Shown here: piece by piece, positions 33,301 to 43,264 of the stretch
How positions within the stretch are numbered: position 1 is the first letter of the stretch
Layout of the letters: the number at the start of each line of letters is the position of its first letter
Assembly: GCA_963663405.2 (NCBI GenBank)
Contig: CAXXSM010000142.1
Span: 32,001-96,000, forward strand
Origin: a bacterium
GTDB taxonomy: Bacteria > Hinthialibacterota > Hinthialibacteria > Hinthialibacterales > Hinthialibacteraceae
Direction of reading: 5' to 3'
DNA: 64,000 bases
Notes under the pieces: model-generated
Database searches by the model: none
Seen by the model: only the letters and a program-made list of their open reading frames with translations
Told to the model about the DNA's origin: nothing
Translations under genes and position numbers: made by a program

Positions 33301-34250
33301 AGTAGAAGACAGCCGTTTCCATCCGTGTCAATCATGTAAAAGATTTTATCCGTAGCTACATACGCGGATCGGTGAGCGAGATAGCCATCGGGGAGTTTGC
33401 GGTTCCAAAGAATTGTCCCATTAAACCCATTGCGCGCGATTAGTGTGTTTAACCAAGGCTCTTCCCGTTTGTGGTGGGCGATGTGTCCCATCGCGAGAAA
33501 GATACGTCCTCCAGCCGAGGTTGTCACAGCGGGCATGGCGATGTAATACGGTTCTCCCATCCATTGCGTCATATAGGGCGCTTGGATCACGGTGTCAGTA
33601 GAGACGGGATTGTTGTCAGGCCGGTGTTCCCAATGCGTCCAATCGTCCGCGCCAGCAAGAGGCGGTTTTGTAATCATCACAAAAACACCATGATGATCTT
33701 CCCCAAGATCGTAGTCTCTCGCGCCGCCGTCTCGCAGCCATTGTTGAATCCGGTCAACGCCTGGTCCATTGTTATCACCAGTCTGGAAACCAAGCACAGC
33801 TTTTCCCTGTGGACATAGCGCTCGCATGATTTCCACGGCTTTGATCTCATCAAGTGACTTGGTGGTAAGGTGTGTCGAGAGAAGCAAGTCGATCGTACGA
33901 TCCGCGTAAGGAAGCGGATTCAAATCCGCTTTCGCCACAGTGATATATTTTCCGTAAAGGCCGTCAACATCGAGAGCCACTTTCGTTTTTTCAACCTTAT
34001 CCAAGCGGGAATCGAGAATTTGAACGAGAAAATCCTCCATCCGCGCGATTTCCAAAGCCAGATCCTTATCTTCTACACCAAGCACGGCAACAATACCCCT
34101 GTGCAGACCGGTTTCTTCAAGGATATGCTTCGCCACAAACGCCGCGTCATAACCAGCGTTTTCCATCGCGCTTCCTTCTAAGGGATACGCAATGAATATT
34201 CCACTAACAATAGCCAGAACGAGTGTTTTAAATCTTTGTGAAAATCTCAT
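30363..34250 (-). CDS. Large PQQ-like beta-propeller protein with N-terminal methyltransferase-like and C-terminal PA14-like domains
   Basis: GGAGG RBS; DLNPLPYADRTID; DDWTHWEH; repeated ALDA.TG..W; KIGSNDGFKCWFNG..GVNNILLKI. Confidence 0.85.
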   Translation of the reverse strand: MRFSQRFKTLVLAIVSGIFIAYPLEGSAMENAGYDAAFVAKHILEETGLHRGIVAVLGVEDKDLALEIARMEDFLVQILDSRLDKVEKTKVALDVDGLYGKYITVAKADLNPLPYADRTIDLLLSTHLTTKSLDEIKAVEIMRALCPQGKAVLGFQTGDNNGPGVDRIQQWLRDGGARDYDLGEDHHGVFVMITKPPLAGADDWTHWEHRPDNNPVSTDTVIQAPYMTQWMGEPYYIAMPAVTTSAGGRIFLAMGHIAHHKREEPWLNTLIARNGFNGTILWNRKLPDGYLAHRSAYVATDKIFYMIDTDGNGCLLLDAKTGEERGRITVPEARGEWKWMAIQDGILYALAGKQKDPSETTVVRSEYTHWSWGELSKGYYQPRVPWGFGQIIAAYDLKQEKTLWTHEEAADIDSRAMALGDGKLYFYGPDSHAACLDAQTGHVQWMNDDPELRRLIEEPGQGLGSTPGFRTTCFCLYTPRALFFEAQTRMNIVGVSLEDGSLLWSHRKTTNNPNMIYIDGQLLCGIGPDGNTMVIDPMTGEIVKDLQFKKRSCARLTATPDSFFCRGWIEGLTRYDREDGSIMFNGAFRPSCNDGVIGTNGLLYLGPWACDCNLSLMGRIALCSAGDFQFEREVNVSERLERGQGELSIASAFSITDKDWFTYRGNNNRTASTSVRAPESTSRIWEFNPSYAFTPAPPVAAGGLIFLAGDDGKVRAIDAVTGQPKWTYRTAGPIQQPPSIWKGRAYVGSGDGYVYALEAATGRLLWRFRAAPVERRIPVYGSISSTWPVHSGVVVQDGIAYAAAGIIDYDGTYVYALDAESGKVIWQNNSSGHLNPELRKGVSAQGVLAIANNYLWMPGGNVVSPAAYDIKTGAYAGLYPKDGSPQTNRGEEIGVLGEDYIITGGRLRYSAGTNVVNPGVFTAYQAQAGSGIGGGKTLNSGKIPPAWNDRMFAFVNGRKTVPAVCKAKTVLDHLKGGSNKQPNTIWNADALQNTDTLSLAMTPNAVVAVYEAPNFRSLYPRWEISALGADDGDVLWKHKLSSEALVGGLLIDRDGRIVAAMKEGRLACYGDGKAAEEYLNSIISMADGSEENKNMAIRFLKDAFRSNQDPEDRERIIQNLKKLGYEVGKEAKEAGFVIHWNLIGPFPWNENNPTDKVLIEEPFVNLSKTYKPNRRELKWKDYITDHPTGKVDLARIYGDYEGVAVYAYAEVNLPESKEIYLKIGSNDGFKCWFNGKEAGRFDGGRTYMPDQDTLKVQAKKGVNNILLKITQQGSAWAFGIRLTEVSGAPIGLMGE

Positions 34251-34447
34251 GGCTGCCTCCCGGATAATTCCATCGACTGAATTCATCATACTCCAATATA
34301 AAACAATTCACTCCACAATGCAATCATGCTCCCTCTTTTAGTTTCCGGTTAAAATCAACCATAGGTTCTTGGAATGGAATTACTCACCTAGAAGTGAATC
34401 CGCTAGATCTGTAAAATAAAAAAATATCGTATGAAGAAAGGTTTGTT

Positions 34448-35047
34448 ATGTTATCCAATCGGAAACGGAATACTAATGCGTTCACATTAATAGAATTACT
34501 AATCGTCGTAGCGATTATCGGCATCCTCGCCGCGATCGCCGTGCCCAATTTTCTAAACGCTCAACTCCGTGCGAAAATTGCGCGAGTCCAATCGGATTTC
34601 AAGTCGATTTCAACCGCGCTTGAAACCTATCGGATTGATTACAATAGTTACCCCTATTTTGATGAGTGGGGATACGACGCCAGCTTTAGCCCAATTTATT
34701 ACCGGCTAATCCCGTTAACGACACCGTCAAGTTACATGAGCACAATCGATTTGCAAGATCCCTTCCTGAAAGTAATGCCGGCGGAAGGCTACGAAGATGA
34801 AGAAATCCGGCATTCTTATAACTACCGGTATTATAAAGCATTCAATCCGAATTACACATTTGACGCCTGGGTTCTCAACAGCATGGGACCCGACTTGACG
34901 AAAAACAAAGGATTAATGACGGAACCATGGGCGCGGGGTATTTGGAGTAGTCCGGATCACGCGATTTACGATTCTACGAATGGCATCGTAAGCGTTGGTG
35001 ATATTCCTTACACGGGTGGAGATACAAAATATCGGGCTAATTTCTAA
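34448..35047 (+). CDS. Prepilin-type N-methylation protein, paralogue 2
   Basis: A|FTLIELLIVVAIIGILAAIAVPNFL; LTTP, SMGPD, YDSTNG..S.GDI. Confidence 0.9.
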   Translation: MLSNRKRNTNAFTLIELLIVVAIIGILAAIAVPNFLNAQLRAKIARVQSDFKSISTALETYRIDYNSYPYFDEWGYDASFSPIYYRLIPLTTPSSYMSTIDLQDPFLKVMPAEGYEDEEIRHSYNYRYYKAFNPNYTFDAWVLNSMGPDLTKNKGLMTEPWARGIWSSPDHAIYDSTNGIVSVGDIPYTGGDTKYRANF

Positions 35048-35182
35048 CAAACGACAAACCGTGTGTCGTATATATATATATGCTGGATTCCCTCCCCATA
35101 GGAATTGGCGAAACATTGTTTCTCCGTTCTTGATTCAATCTCCCACACGATCATATGCAAACTGAACTAAGACTAAAAGGCG

Positions 35183-35776
35183 CTATGGGCCAGTCACGAT
35201 AATATCACCAAAACTCATAAGGCCATTCGAAGAGGAATAGTTCACAAAGCGGATCACTTCGCCGGTTTGCACTCTCCAAATTTTGTCAGGCCCGATACAT
35301 GCGAAAAGAAAGCGCAAGGCTTTTGACGCCTTTCGCTCTTCGATGAATGACGCCCAATAACTATTTCTCCACCCGCTTTCAGGCGTATTCTGGACATACC
35401 AGTATGGCGCATTTTTCAGACCGGCAAAATACCGGCTGCCGCCAGAGTCATGCGCTTCCGGACTGATTCTGAAAACATCCGGAGGAATGCGTGAGATATA
35501 GGGAACAGGAGTTGTTAAGACGAGTGGAGAATAACCAAGGCTTTGACCGGGCCCCCGGCTATCTGTGGCGTCGAGGGGGAAATCATTATTGTCAATACTG
35601 TACATCATAGTAGCAGAGTGCAAACTTTTTAAATCCGATTGGGCGCGCGCAATTTTCGATCGAATTTGCGCGTTTAGAAAATTCGGCACGGCAATCGCGG
35701 CGAGAATTCCAATAATCGCCACAACAATTAATAGTTCGATTAACGTAAATGCCAATCGCGGTTTCATCATTCTCAT
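35183..35776 (-). CDS. Prepilin-type N-methylation protein, paralogue 3
   Basis: A|FTLIELLIVVAIIGILAAIAVPNFL; LTTP, IGPD, SNG..S.GDI. Confidence 0.9.
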   Translation of the reverse strand: MRMMKPRLAFTLIELLIVVAIIGILAAIAVPNFLNAQIRSKIARAQSDLKSLHSATMMYSIDNNDFPLDATDSRGPGQSLGYSPLVLTTPVPYISRIPPDVFRISPEAHDSGGSRYFAGLKNAPYWYVQNTPESGWRNSYWASFIEERKASKALRFLFACIGPDKIWRVQTGEVIRFVNYSSSNGLMSFGDIIVTGP

Positions 35777-36112
35777 TCCTTGTCAGAGATTATCTTAGCG
35801 GTCTCTTCTACTAAGAAAAGTTAAAAAAAGATAGAACGCTCTCTTTTATTTGGCTAGTCATTTTCTTTACAGTTTTCAAACTACACCAACTTTAGAAATT
35901 TGTTATTAGTTATCGATTAGATTATTGTTCACATCATCTAAAACCAAGAACATAAAGTAAAATGATCGCTCTTGTCTATTAAAAAATTTGAGGAGTTGTC
36001 CATCGAAGAACCTGTTTTATGAATTCAAGTTAGATATTATACTAGATAAATAATATGTAATCATTTAGCCGCCTGAAGAATTTTCAGTAATAAATTACAC
36101 TAAGCGTTACTT

Positions 36113-37638
36113 TGAGGTGTACCCCATTGTCAAGACAGGAATCAAGGAAATTTAAAGTAGGTTTTCAACCTCGATTTCGTTCAACTCAAGTCTCCTTATT
36201 TGGGATCCGGAAATCATGATGATTCCAGATTCTCATAAAACTTTCCGATATTATACACTACCAGGAGAAACGGAGATCGGTTCTGCTGTAGAGCAACCGG
36301 TCAAGGGATATCCTGGTGCGTGTGCGACGGATTGCCGTCAGGGAGACGTATCAGATCATCCCCTTTTTTCGATCATTTCAAGATAATCCAGAGCATTTGC
36401 CAATGCCTTAAAAAACTCAAACGCAAAGTTCTTGGACCGTCAAGTTTTCTAGTGTTCTCTATAAACCTGAAGCGGCGTCTTATATCCCAAGGCTTGGTGT
36501 AGACGCTCATTATTGTAGAACTGAAAATAATCCGTTAGTCCGCGCACACAATCATTCACCGTTTCGTAACTTTTGATATAGACCTCCTCATATTTCACTG
36601 ACCGCCATAACCGTTCGACGAAAATATTATCGAACACTCGGCCTCTTCCATCCATGCTGATGAGAGTCCTCTCTTTCTTCAAGCGACTCGTAAAATCCGT
36701 GCTTGTGAATTGAGAGCCTTGGTCACTGTTGAAGATCGTTGGCTTATCAATTTCAAAAGCCATCTCCAACGCTTCGAGGCAAAAGTCAACCTCCATCGAA
36801 GTGGAGACTTTCCATGACACCACATAACGACTAAACCAGTCTAAGATCGCCACCAGGTAAACAAATCCTTGGCGCATACGTATATAGGTGATATCGGTGC
36901 TCCACACGTGATTGGGTCTTTCGATTTTCACTCCCTTCAACAGGTATGGATATTTCTTATGCTGAACATTTCCGAGGCTCAAACGAGGCTTCGGGTAGAT
37001 CGTCTCCAAGCCCATCACTCGCATTAAACGACCGATTCGTTTCTTATTCACAACCCGTCCTAGAGTTCTCAACCATTTCTGCATTTTCCGAATTCCGTAA
37101 AACGGTGTCCGGGTATATTGTTCATCAAGCAGGTTCATCAGCGCTACATTTTCGGCTGATTCGCCCACGGGTTGATAATAAAATCCTGAACGAGACAACC
37201 CCAGCAATTCACATTGCCTCTTTATTGAAATCTCAGAATTAGTTAGTTCGATCCAACTTCGTCTTTTCTTAACTGAGCACGTTAGACTTTTTTTTTACCC
37301 AATCAAGTTCGACTTTCATTTGCCCAATCTGGCGGTAAAGTTCCGACGTCAGTTCTTCGGCTTCCGCTTGACTCTTTTCTTGCTTGCGTGAAAACAAGCC
37401 TGGGATTTCTTCCAACAGGCGCTTTTTCCACTGTCGAATCTGGCTCACATGAATTTTGTAATCGCTCGCTATCTGGGTTAAGGTCTTCTCTCCTTTGATT
37501 GCCTCCAGTGCCACTTTGCCTTTGAACGCTCCATCAAAATTTTTTCGCATTTTCATCATTTGGTTCACCTCTTCTACCTATTGTCGGCTTCGAGGTAACC
37601 TACCTTAGATGGCTGTCCGAATTTTGGGGTACAGTATA
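36113..37638 (-). mobile_element. Complete IS3-family element, 1526 bp
   Basis: Imperfect IRs TGAGGTGTACCCCATTGTCAAGACAG / TATACTGTACCCCAAAATTCGGACAG; 3-bp TSD CTT; A9G frameshift site at 37287-37296. Confidence 0.93.
36449..37568 (-). CDS. IS3 transposase OrfA (37269..37568) and OrfB, fused by -1 frameshift
   Basis: FKGKVALEAIKGEKT, LYRQIGQMKVELDWVKKK; WSTDITY, NSDQGSQFTS, DNIFVERLWRSVKYE. Confidence 0.93.
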
Positions 37639-37789
37639 CTTCTTGCTCCTATTCGAAGTTCAATAGGGTATGAAGAAAACAACAAATCCTCTTCCAGCAA
37701 TTATACATGAGTTTCTCGATTCCTCCTAACTGTCGGAGAAATCGACGGTTCGTAGGCTTTTACAGGACGAACCAGAATTGGCCGCTCTC

Positions 37790-37901
37790 TGGATATCAGG
37801 GACCGATCGGACCATCTTTCAAAATATTGATTCTGCTGAGCTTCTTCGAGTATATTCTCTGAAGAGATTTGCCAAGAGCAACGATCCTCAAGCAGAAATT
37901 C
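37790..37901 (+). repeat. Dispersed repeat, copy A (second copy at 43224-43364)
   Basis: 54-bp block with 6 mismatches plus an identical 19-bp block GATCCTCAAGCAGAAATTC. Confidence 0.8.
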
Positions 37902-38402
37902 GCAGGTCCCGCATTCTTTGTTTCTACGGTCTTGTGTTTTGGGCACAATTTTTAGCGGTCTCATTTAAAAATCCGAAAATAGAATTTCGAGAGAAGAATC
38001 TGTGCCGGTAACCGCGGTCCTATTCATGCTTAACAAGCACAGAAAGTCTGTAAGGACCTACCTATGTTGATCAATATTGTTTCCATTACCGTGTTTGATT
38101 TATCTTTTGAAAATGATCCTTCATTATGCAAAGATATATCATTACTAATTGGTACTCCGATGGTTTGACAACCGCGATATGTTCCGCCAACACCCACCAT
38201 ATATCGAAGAGCGTATCGGGATTCCTTTGAATGTATGGCTTCCGCAACGGGATCGTCATTTGATGAAACTCGGTTACGTTTTTTTTATCTTAAATGTATA
38301 AGAACGCATTCCCGTATTAGTCAATAGAGATATTTTGTAATACAATCATGCCTGACTGCATTAATCAAGACGAATGCTATGATCCGGTAAAATGGCGCCG
38401 CA

Positions 38403-39224
38403 ATGGAGCGAAAGGTAATGGACAATCATAACACTTTTGAGGCTAAATCCAAACAATCGGGGAATGATCTTCTCATTCGAGTTCATAACTTCCACAAACA
38501 ATATCGCGAGACAGTGGCGGTCGAGGATTTAAATTTCGAAGCGCATGCCGGAAACATTCTAGGTTTGGTCGGCCCCAACGGCGCGGGCAAAACAACGACA
38601 TTGCGGGCAATCTGCGGAATCATCCCCCCAACCCTGGGTGAATTGTCGGTCGCCGGTTACGACGTGCAGGAAGATCCCATTCCCGCCAAGCAGCTACTAG
38701 CCTACGTGCCCGATGATCCCAAATTATTTGATACGCTGACAATTTGGGAACACTTGAAATTCATAGCGTCGGCCTATCGGGTTAATGATTACGAGACCAA
38801 GGCAGGCGAACTCCTTAGCGCGTTCGAATTGGAAGAGAAACGCGACACCATCGCGATGGAACTCTCACGCGGAATGAAACAGAAAATGGCGATCTGTTGC
38901 GCCTACTTGCATGAGCCGCGTGTGATTCTGTTCGACGAGCCTCTGACCGGTCTCGATCCACGTGGAATCCGAACGTTGAAAACGTCGATCGTCGAACGAG
39001 CGGAATCGGGATCGGCGGTTATTATTAGTTCGCATCTGCTCTCGTTGGTAGAAGATCTGTGTTCGCACTTATTGATTCTCCACAAAGGGAAACGGCTTTT
39101 CTTCGGCAGCGTCGATGACGCGCGGCGGGAATTCGACGCTATGGAAGGTGACGCCTCCCTGGAAGAAGTCTTCTTCCGGGCCACAGAAGGAAACAACGTG
39201 ATGAACAATCGATCGGAGCAATAA
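38403..39224 (+). CDS. ABC transporter ATP-binding protein
   Basis: GPNGAGKTT, LSRGMKQK, LFDEP, SSH. Confidence 0.95.
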   Translation: MERKVMDNHNTFEAKSKQSGNDLLIRVHNFHKQYRETVAVEDLNFEAHAGNILGLVGPNGAGKTTTLRAICGIIPPTLGELSVAGYDVQEDPIPAKQLLAYVPDDPKLFDTLTIWEHLKFIASAYRVNDYETKAGELLSAFELEEKRDTIAMELSRGMKQKMAICCAYLHEPRVILFDEPLTGLDPRGIRTLKTSIVERAESGSAVIISSHLLSLVEDLCSHLLILHKGKRLFFGSVDDARREFDAMEGDASLEEVFFRATEGNNVMNNRSEQ

Positions 39225-39226
39225 CG

Positions 39227-40882
39227 ATGATACATCCATCGCTTCCGTTTCTAATCAAGTTGCAAAGAAAAAGCCAATTTCGCCGGGCGCTCCGTAGTCT
39301 GAAGACGTGGCGGGGACGGATTTATTTCCTGATTGGGATTGCGGTGTTCGGCTTGTGGCTGGGACCACAGATCGTCCTAGCGTTTACAATGAATTCCGCA
39401 AAGACCTCCGCTCCTTATATTAACGCTTTTATGCCATTCGGACTCTTGTTTTTTTGTGTGATTTCTCTCATTAACGAGTTGATCGAAGCCGGGACCAAAG
39501 CCATTTCATTTACCGGCGGTGAAACGGAATTTCTCTTTCCCGGTCCCTTCAGTCGGCAAGATCTGTTGAAGTATAAAATCATAACTAGCATGACAAACCT
39601 ACTTTTCGTTGCGCTATTCATTTCAATTTTTACCATGCGTTTTACCTATAGTTATCTGGCGTGTTATGTAGGTATTTTTTTAACGTTGCTTTTTACTCTT
39701 TTTTTCAGCTTGATCGTGGCCTTTATCAGGGTGATCTTGATCGAACACGCATATACACCTTCCCGGAAAAGAGTAATGTCTATTGCCGGGATCATTCTGC
39801 TTATCATTTTATGGAAAGGCGCCAACTGGACCTATGCCTGGGATCTGATCGCTGCCGGTAAACCGTTGGCCGTGGCGGAAGCGATCCGTGAGACTTGGGC
39901 CGGTACAATCCTACTTGCCCCATTCGATGTTTTCGTACGTGTCATCTTGGCGAAATCGCTGTTTACGGATTTCCTCATGTGGGGATCGGCCGCTGTTGGA
40001 ATCAATCTTTTTTTTCTTTTCATAATCTTTAGATTGGACGCCAATTACCTTGAAACAGCCATGGCTATTTCGGAAAAAACGTATGCCAGACAGCAGCGGA
40101 TGAGACGCGGCAGCGCGCCAATCAGTACATCAAAAAAAACGGCTACGTGGAGCCCGCCATCGCTGCCATGGCTCAACGGCGCAGGCCCGATTCTCTGGCG
40201 GCAGCTGACCGGGGCCATGCGATGCGCAAGAGGGATGCTGGTTCTGGTGGTTTTTATCTGCATCGCTCTTGGATCGACTGTGTTTTCGGGTGGATTATCC
40301 GGTGAGACTGTTTTATTTGTTCTCATCATCACTGCGATATATAGCATTTTCTTCACTCAATTGTTTCCCTTCGATTTTCGCAGCGATATCGACCGAATGG
40401 AATGGTTGAAAATGCTTCCCATCGGTTCGATGCCTATTGTGATCGGGCAGGTATTTACCCCGGTAATCATGGTGTCGATTCTACATTTTTTCCTCTTCGG
40501 AGGCCTCTTATTCGCCGTAGATGAAAACCAGACGCTGCTTTATATAGGGATGGCGCTCGCCCCGTCGTATAACCTGTTATTGTTCGGATTTGAAAACTTG
40601 ATTTTCCTTCTGTTTCCCATCCGAGTAGTTAAGACCACTCCTGGTGATTTTCATGGATTCGGACGAATTATGGTTGTCTTTTTCTTGAAATTCTTAGTCA
40701 TCGGTGGAATTCTTGGTGGGATCATCGGTATCGGCATTGGCGGTTACTATTTCTTGGGCAAACATATTGCCGTTTTCATCACGATTTCCTGGACGTTGCT
40801 AACTTGTTGCGGAATCGCCGTACTCCCCTTTATCGCATGGGCGTTTGAGAAATTCGATCCTAGTGTCGATACACCGGCATAA
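39227..40882 (+). CDS. Putative ABC exporter permease
   Basis: About 12 TM helices; starts 2 nt after the ATPase stop; FLFPGPFSR, DFRSDIDRMEWLKMLP. Confidence 0.82.
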   Translation: MIHPSLPFLIKLQRKSQFRRALRSLKTWRGRIYFLIGIAVFGLWLGPQIVLAFTMNSAKTSAPYINAFMPFGLLFFCVISLINELIEAGTKAISFTGGETEFLFPGPFSRQDLLKYKIITSMTNLLFVALFISIFTMRFTYSYLACYVGIFLTLLFTLFFSLIVAFIRVILIEHAYTPSRKRVMSIAGIILLIILWKGANWTYAWDLIAAGKPLAVAEAIRETWAGTILLAPFDVFVRVILAKSLFTDFLMWGSAAVGINLFFLFIIFRLDANYLETAMAISEKTYARQQRMRRGSAPISTSKKTATWSPPSLPWLNGAGPILWRQLTGAMRCARGMLVLVVFICIALGSTVFSGGLSGETVLFVLIITAIYSIFFTQLFPFDFRSDIDRMEWLKMLPIGSMPIVIGQVFTPVIMVSILHFFLFGGLLFAVDENQTLLYIGMALAPSYNLLLFGFENLIFLLFPIRVVKTTPGDFHGFGRIMVVFFLKFLVIGGILGGIIGIGIGGYYFLGKHIAVFITISWTLLTCCGIAVLPFIAWAFEKFDPSVDTPA

Positions 40883-40885
40883 ACG

Positions 40886-40933
40886 ATGATTCATCCCGCG
40901 CTTCAATTTTTAATACCGATTTTACAATATTAA
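40886..40933 (+). pseudogene. N-terminal stub of a second permease paralogue
   Basis: MIHPALQFLIPILQ vs MIHPSLPFLIKLQ, with a similar TAA(A)CGATG junction. Confidence 0.6.
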
Positions 40934-41215
40934 CGGACTTGCGGCTTGAATCAACTTCATGGGCTCCCACTTTTCCGGTTATATTCCACTGGAAAAAGAA
41001 AAACAATCAACTCTCCATTTCACAAGCACTTAGCAGTGATCCCATATGAACCTGTCAACCGATAATCGGGCCACTCACAACTACTTGACTATGCGGAGAT
41101 TCATATAATTATTCTATAATAGATAAGGATTTTTATGTCGCGTTAATCGGCTTAAATATCTTATTATACGAAGTGAGTAAGGAGCGATTTACTGAACAGG
41201 ATAGGATTACACGGA

Positions 41216-43264
41216 ATGAAAAAACGGATTCTTTATCCTTTTTCAGCCATCGTAGGTCAGGAAACAATGAAAACCGCTTTACTCTTGAATGCGGTGGATC
41301 CAACTATTGGTGGCGCCTTGATACAAGGCCAGAAGGGAACAGGAAAATCCACTGCGGTTCGCGCCTTGGCTCAACTCCTGCCGGAAATCGAGATCGTGGA
41401 AGGATGTTCGTTTCACTGTTCGCCGGATGATCCTGACCTGATGCATGAAAACTGCTTGCGGCGATTCAATCAGGGGGAACAACTCTCTCGCCGAAAACGC
41501 TCCATGCCGATGGTGGAATTTCCCCTGAGCGCAACGGAAGATCGTGTTGTCGGCTCCTTGCATGTAGAACATGCGCTGCAAACAGGCGAACGGCATTTTG
41601 AACCGGGTCTTTTGGCGTCCGCAAACCGGGGAATTCTTTATGTGGATGAAGTCAATCTATTGGATGATCACCTGGTGGATATTCTTTTGGATACAGCGGC
41701 TTCAGGAATCAATGTAGTGGAAAGGGAAGGAATTTCTTTTTCCCATCCGGCCAAATTTATTTTACTGGGAACAATGAATCCTGAAGAAGGAGACCTACGC
41801 CCCCAATTTTTGGATCGTTTTGGACTCTGCGTTACCATCAAAGGTCTTAGCGATGAAAGCCAACGACGGGAAATCGTAATACGGAGAATCGCTTTTGAAC
41901 GAAATCCTGACTCATTCCAAGAACAATGGGCTGAAAGCGAAGTTTTTCTTTCCCGGCAAATTGATAACGCTCGCGAAAGGCTTTCATCTATCCAACTGCC
42001 GGATAGGGAAATCGATCGAGCAGTACGAATCGCTTTGAATTTGGACGCACAAGGCCATCGCGCGGATATCGCTATTTTGAAAACGGCTCGAGCGTTGGCT
42101 GCATTTATGGAAAAAAGCGCAGTTACCAAAGAAGAGATCTGGGAAGCGGCTCGATTTGTAATGCCGCATCGAATGAACTCTTCGCCTTTGGATACTCCCG
42201 AATCTCTACAAGAACGATTATCTCGCGCCTTGACTTCATCTAATGATGAAGAGCCCTTGAACGAGCAGGAAATTTCATCGGATCTCCATGAGATGGAATG
42301 GGATATGGAAGAGGCTATGCAAGTCCCCGGATCAGCGGCGGCGGGTAGTATCGTATTCTCTTTTCTAAAAAAAAAAACGGATGAAAAACTGTTCGATCCC
42401 GATGAATTGATTCCTCCATCTGACTTGGAATGGAACGCCAAAAGAATAGGAGCCTTTCAACCCGGCCGGCGCAAACGAACACATACATCCAGCCGCGCTG
42501 GAAGATATAGATTTTCCCGGCCAATCCAAAAAGGCGAAAAACATTTCGATGTGGCGATCGACGCCACATTACGCGCCGCTGTAATGCGAAAAACTCGCAT
42601 TTCCGGCTCCTTTTTACAATCCCCCTTGATCCTAGCCTCCGATTTACGGAAGAAAATTCGTCAACAACAACGGAATTCACTTATTGTTTTTGTGGTGGAC
42701 GCCTCGGATTCCATGAGCAGTCATTCCCGCATGGCCGTAGCCAAAGGAGCCGCTCTGGTCCTCCTATCAAAAGCGTATCGAAATCGAGATCGAATCGCGA
42801 TGGTTGGGTTTGAAGGAGATAATGCGGAAATCATTCTTCATCCGACTGCTAGCGTGATCATGGCGCAAGATCGTCTACGACGTTTGCCCACAGGAGGAGC
42901 CACTCCATTTGCGGATGGATTGTTGAAAGCTTGGCGTTTAATTCAATCAGAACGATGGAAGAATCCCTATATCGATCCGCAAATGGTTATTTTGTCGGAT
43001 GGAGAAGCCAACGTACCATTGAAACCAGGCTATGCGGTGTTCAAAGAACTGTATTCATTGGCCAGGAAAATCAGTCTTGATCGCATTCGATCGATCGTGA
43101 TAGACACACAAGCGGAGTATACCCAGAACAAAGAAATGCGAAAACTGGCTGATAGTCTACAGGCATCCTATCATCACATCAAACAATGGCGGATTTCTAA
43201 TGTGCTTAACGCGATTCAGTCTATGGATATCAGGGGCAGATCGGACCATCTTTCAAAACATTGA
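41216..43264 (+). CDS. chlD: Mg/Co chelatase subunit D-type protein (ChlI-like AAA+ fused to VWA)
   Basis: YPFSAIVGQE, GQKGTGKST, ATEDRVVG, FEPGLLA.ANRGILYVDEVNLL, NPEEGDLRPQFLDRFG; VWA DASDSM, GGATP, LSDGEAN. Confidence 0.88.
   Translation: MKKRILYPFSAIVGQETMKTALLLNAVDPTIGGALIQGQKGTGKSTAVRALAQLLPEIEIVEGCSFHCSPDDPDLMHENCLRRFNQGEQLSRRKRSMPMVEFPLSATEDRVVGSLHVEHALQTGERHFEPGLLASANRGILYVDEVNLLDDHLVDILLDTAASGINVVEREGISFSHPAKFILLGTMNPEEGDLRPQFLDRFGLCVTIKGLSDESQRREIVIRRIAFERNPDSFQEQWAESEVFLSRQIDNARERLSSIQLPDREIDRAVRIALNLDAQGHRADIAILKTARALAAFMEKSAVTKEEIWEAARFVMPHRMNSSPLDTPESLQERLSRALTSSNDEEPLNEQEISSDLHEMEWDMEEAMQVPGSAAAGSIVFSFLKKKTDEKLFDPDELIPPSDLEWNAKRIGAFQPGRRKRTHTSSRAGRYRFSRPIQKGEKHFDVAIDATLRAAVMRKTRISGSFLQSPLILASDLRKKIRQQQRNSLIVFVVDASDSMSSHSRMAVAKGAALVLLSKAYRNRDRIAMVGFEGDNAEIILHPTASVIMAQDRLRRLPTGGATPFADGLLKAWRLIQSERWKNPYIDPQMVILSDGEANVPLKPGYAVFKELYSLARKISLDRIRSIVIDTQAEYTQNKEMRKLADSLQASYHHIKQWRISNVLNAIQSMDIRGRSDHLSKH

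Noticed and set aside
35068-35082. Short (TA)n tract between the convergent pilin genes
   Set aside because: Too short, and located downstream of both genes, so phase variation is not supported
40940-41210. Possible cobalamin riboswitch upstream of chlD
   Set aside because: No B12-box or GGGAA...GCCCCCGC-like core recognisable
41668-42441. Long antisense ORFs (e.g. 257 aa here, 903-1553, 31308-31958, 48902-49522)
   Set aside because: Shadows of well-supported genes on the opposite strand with no recognisable motifs
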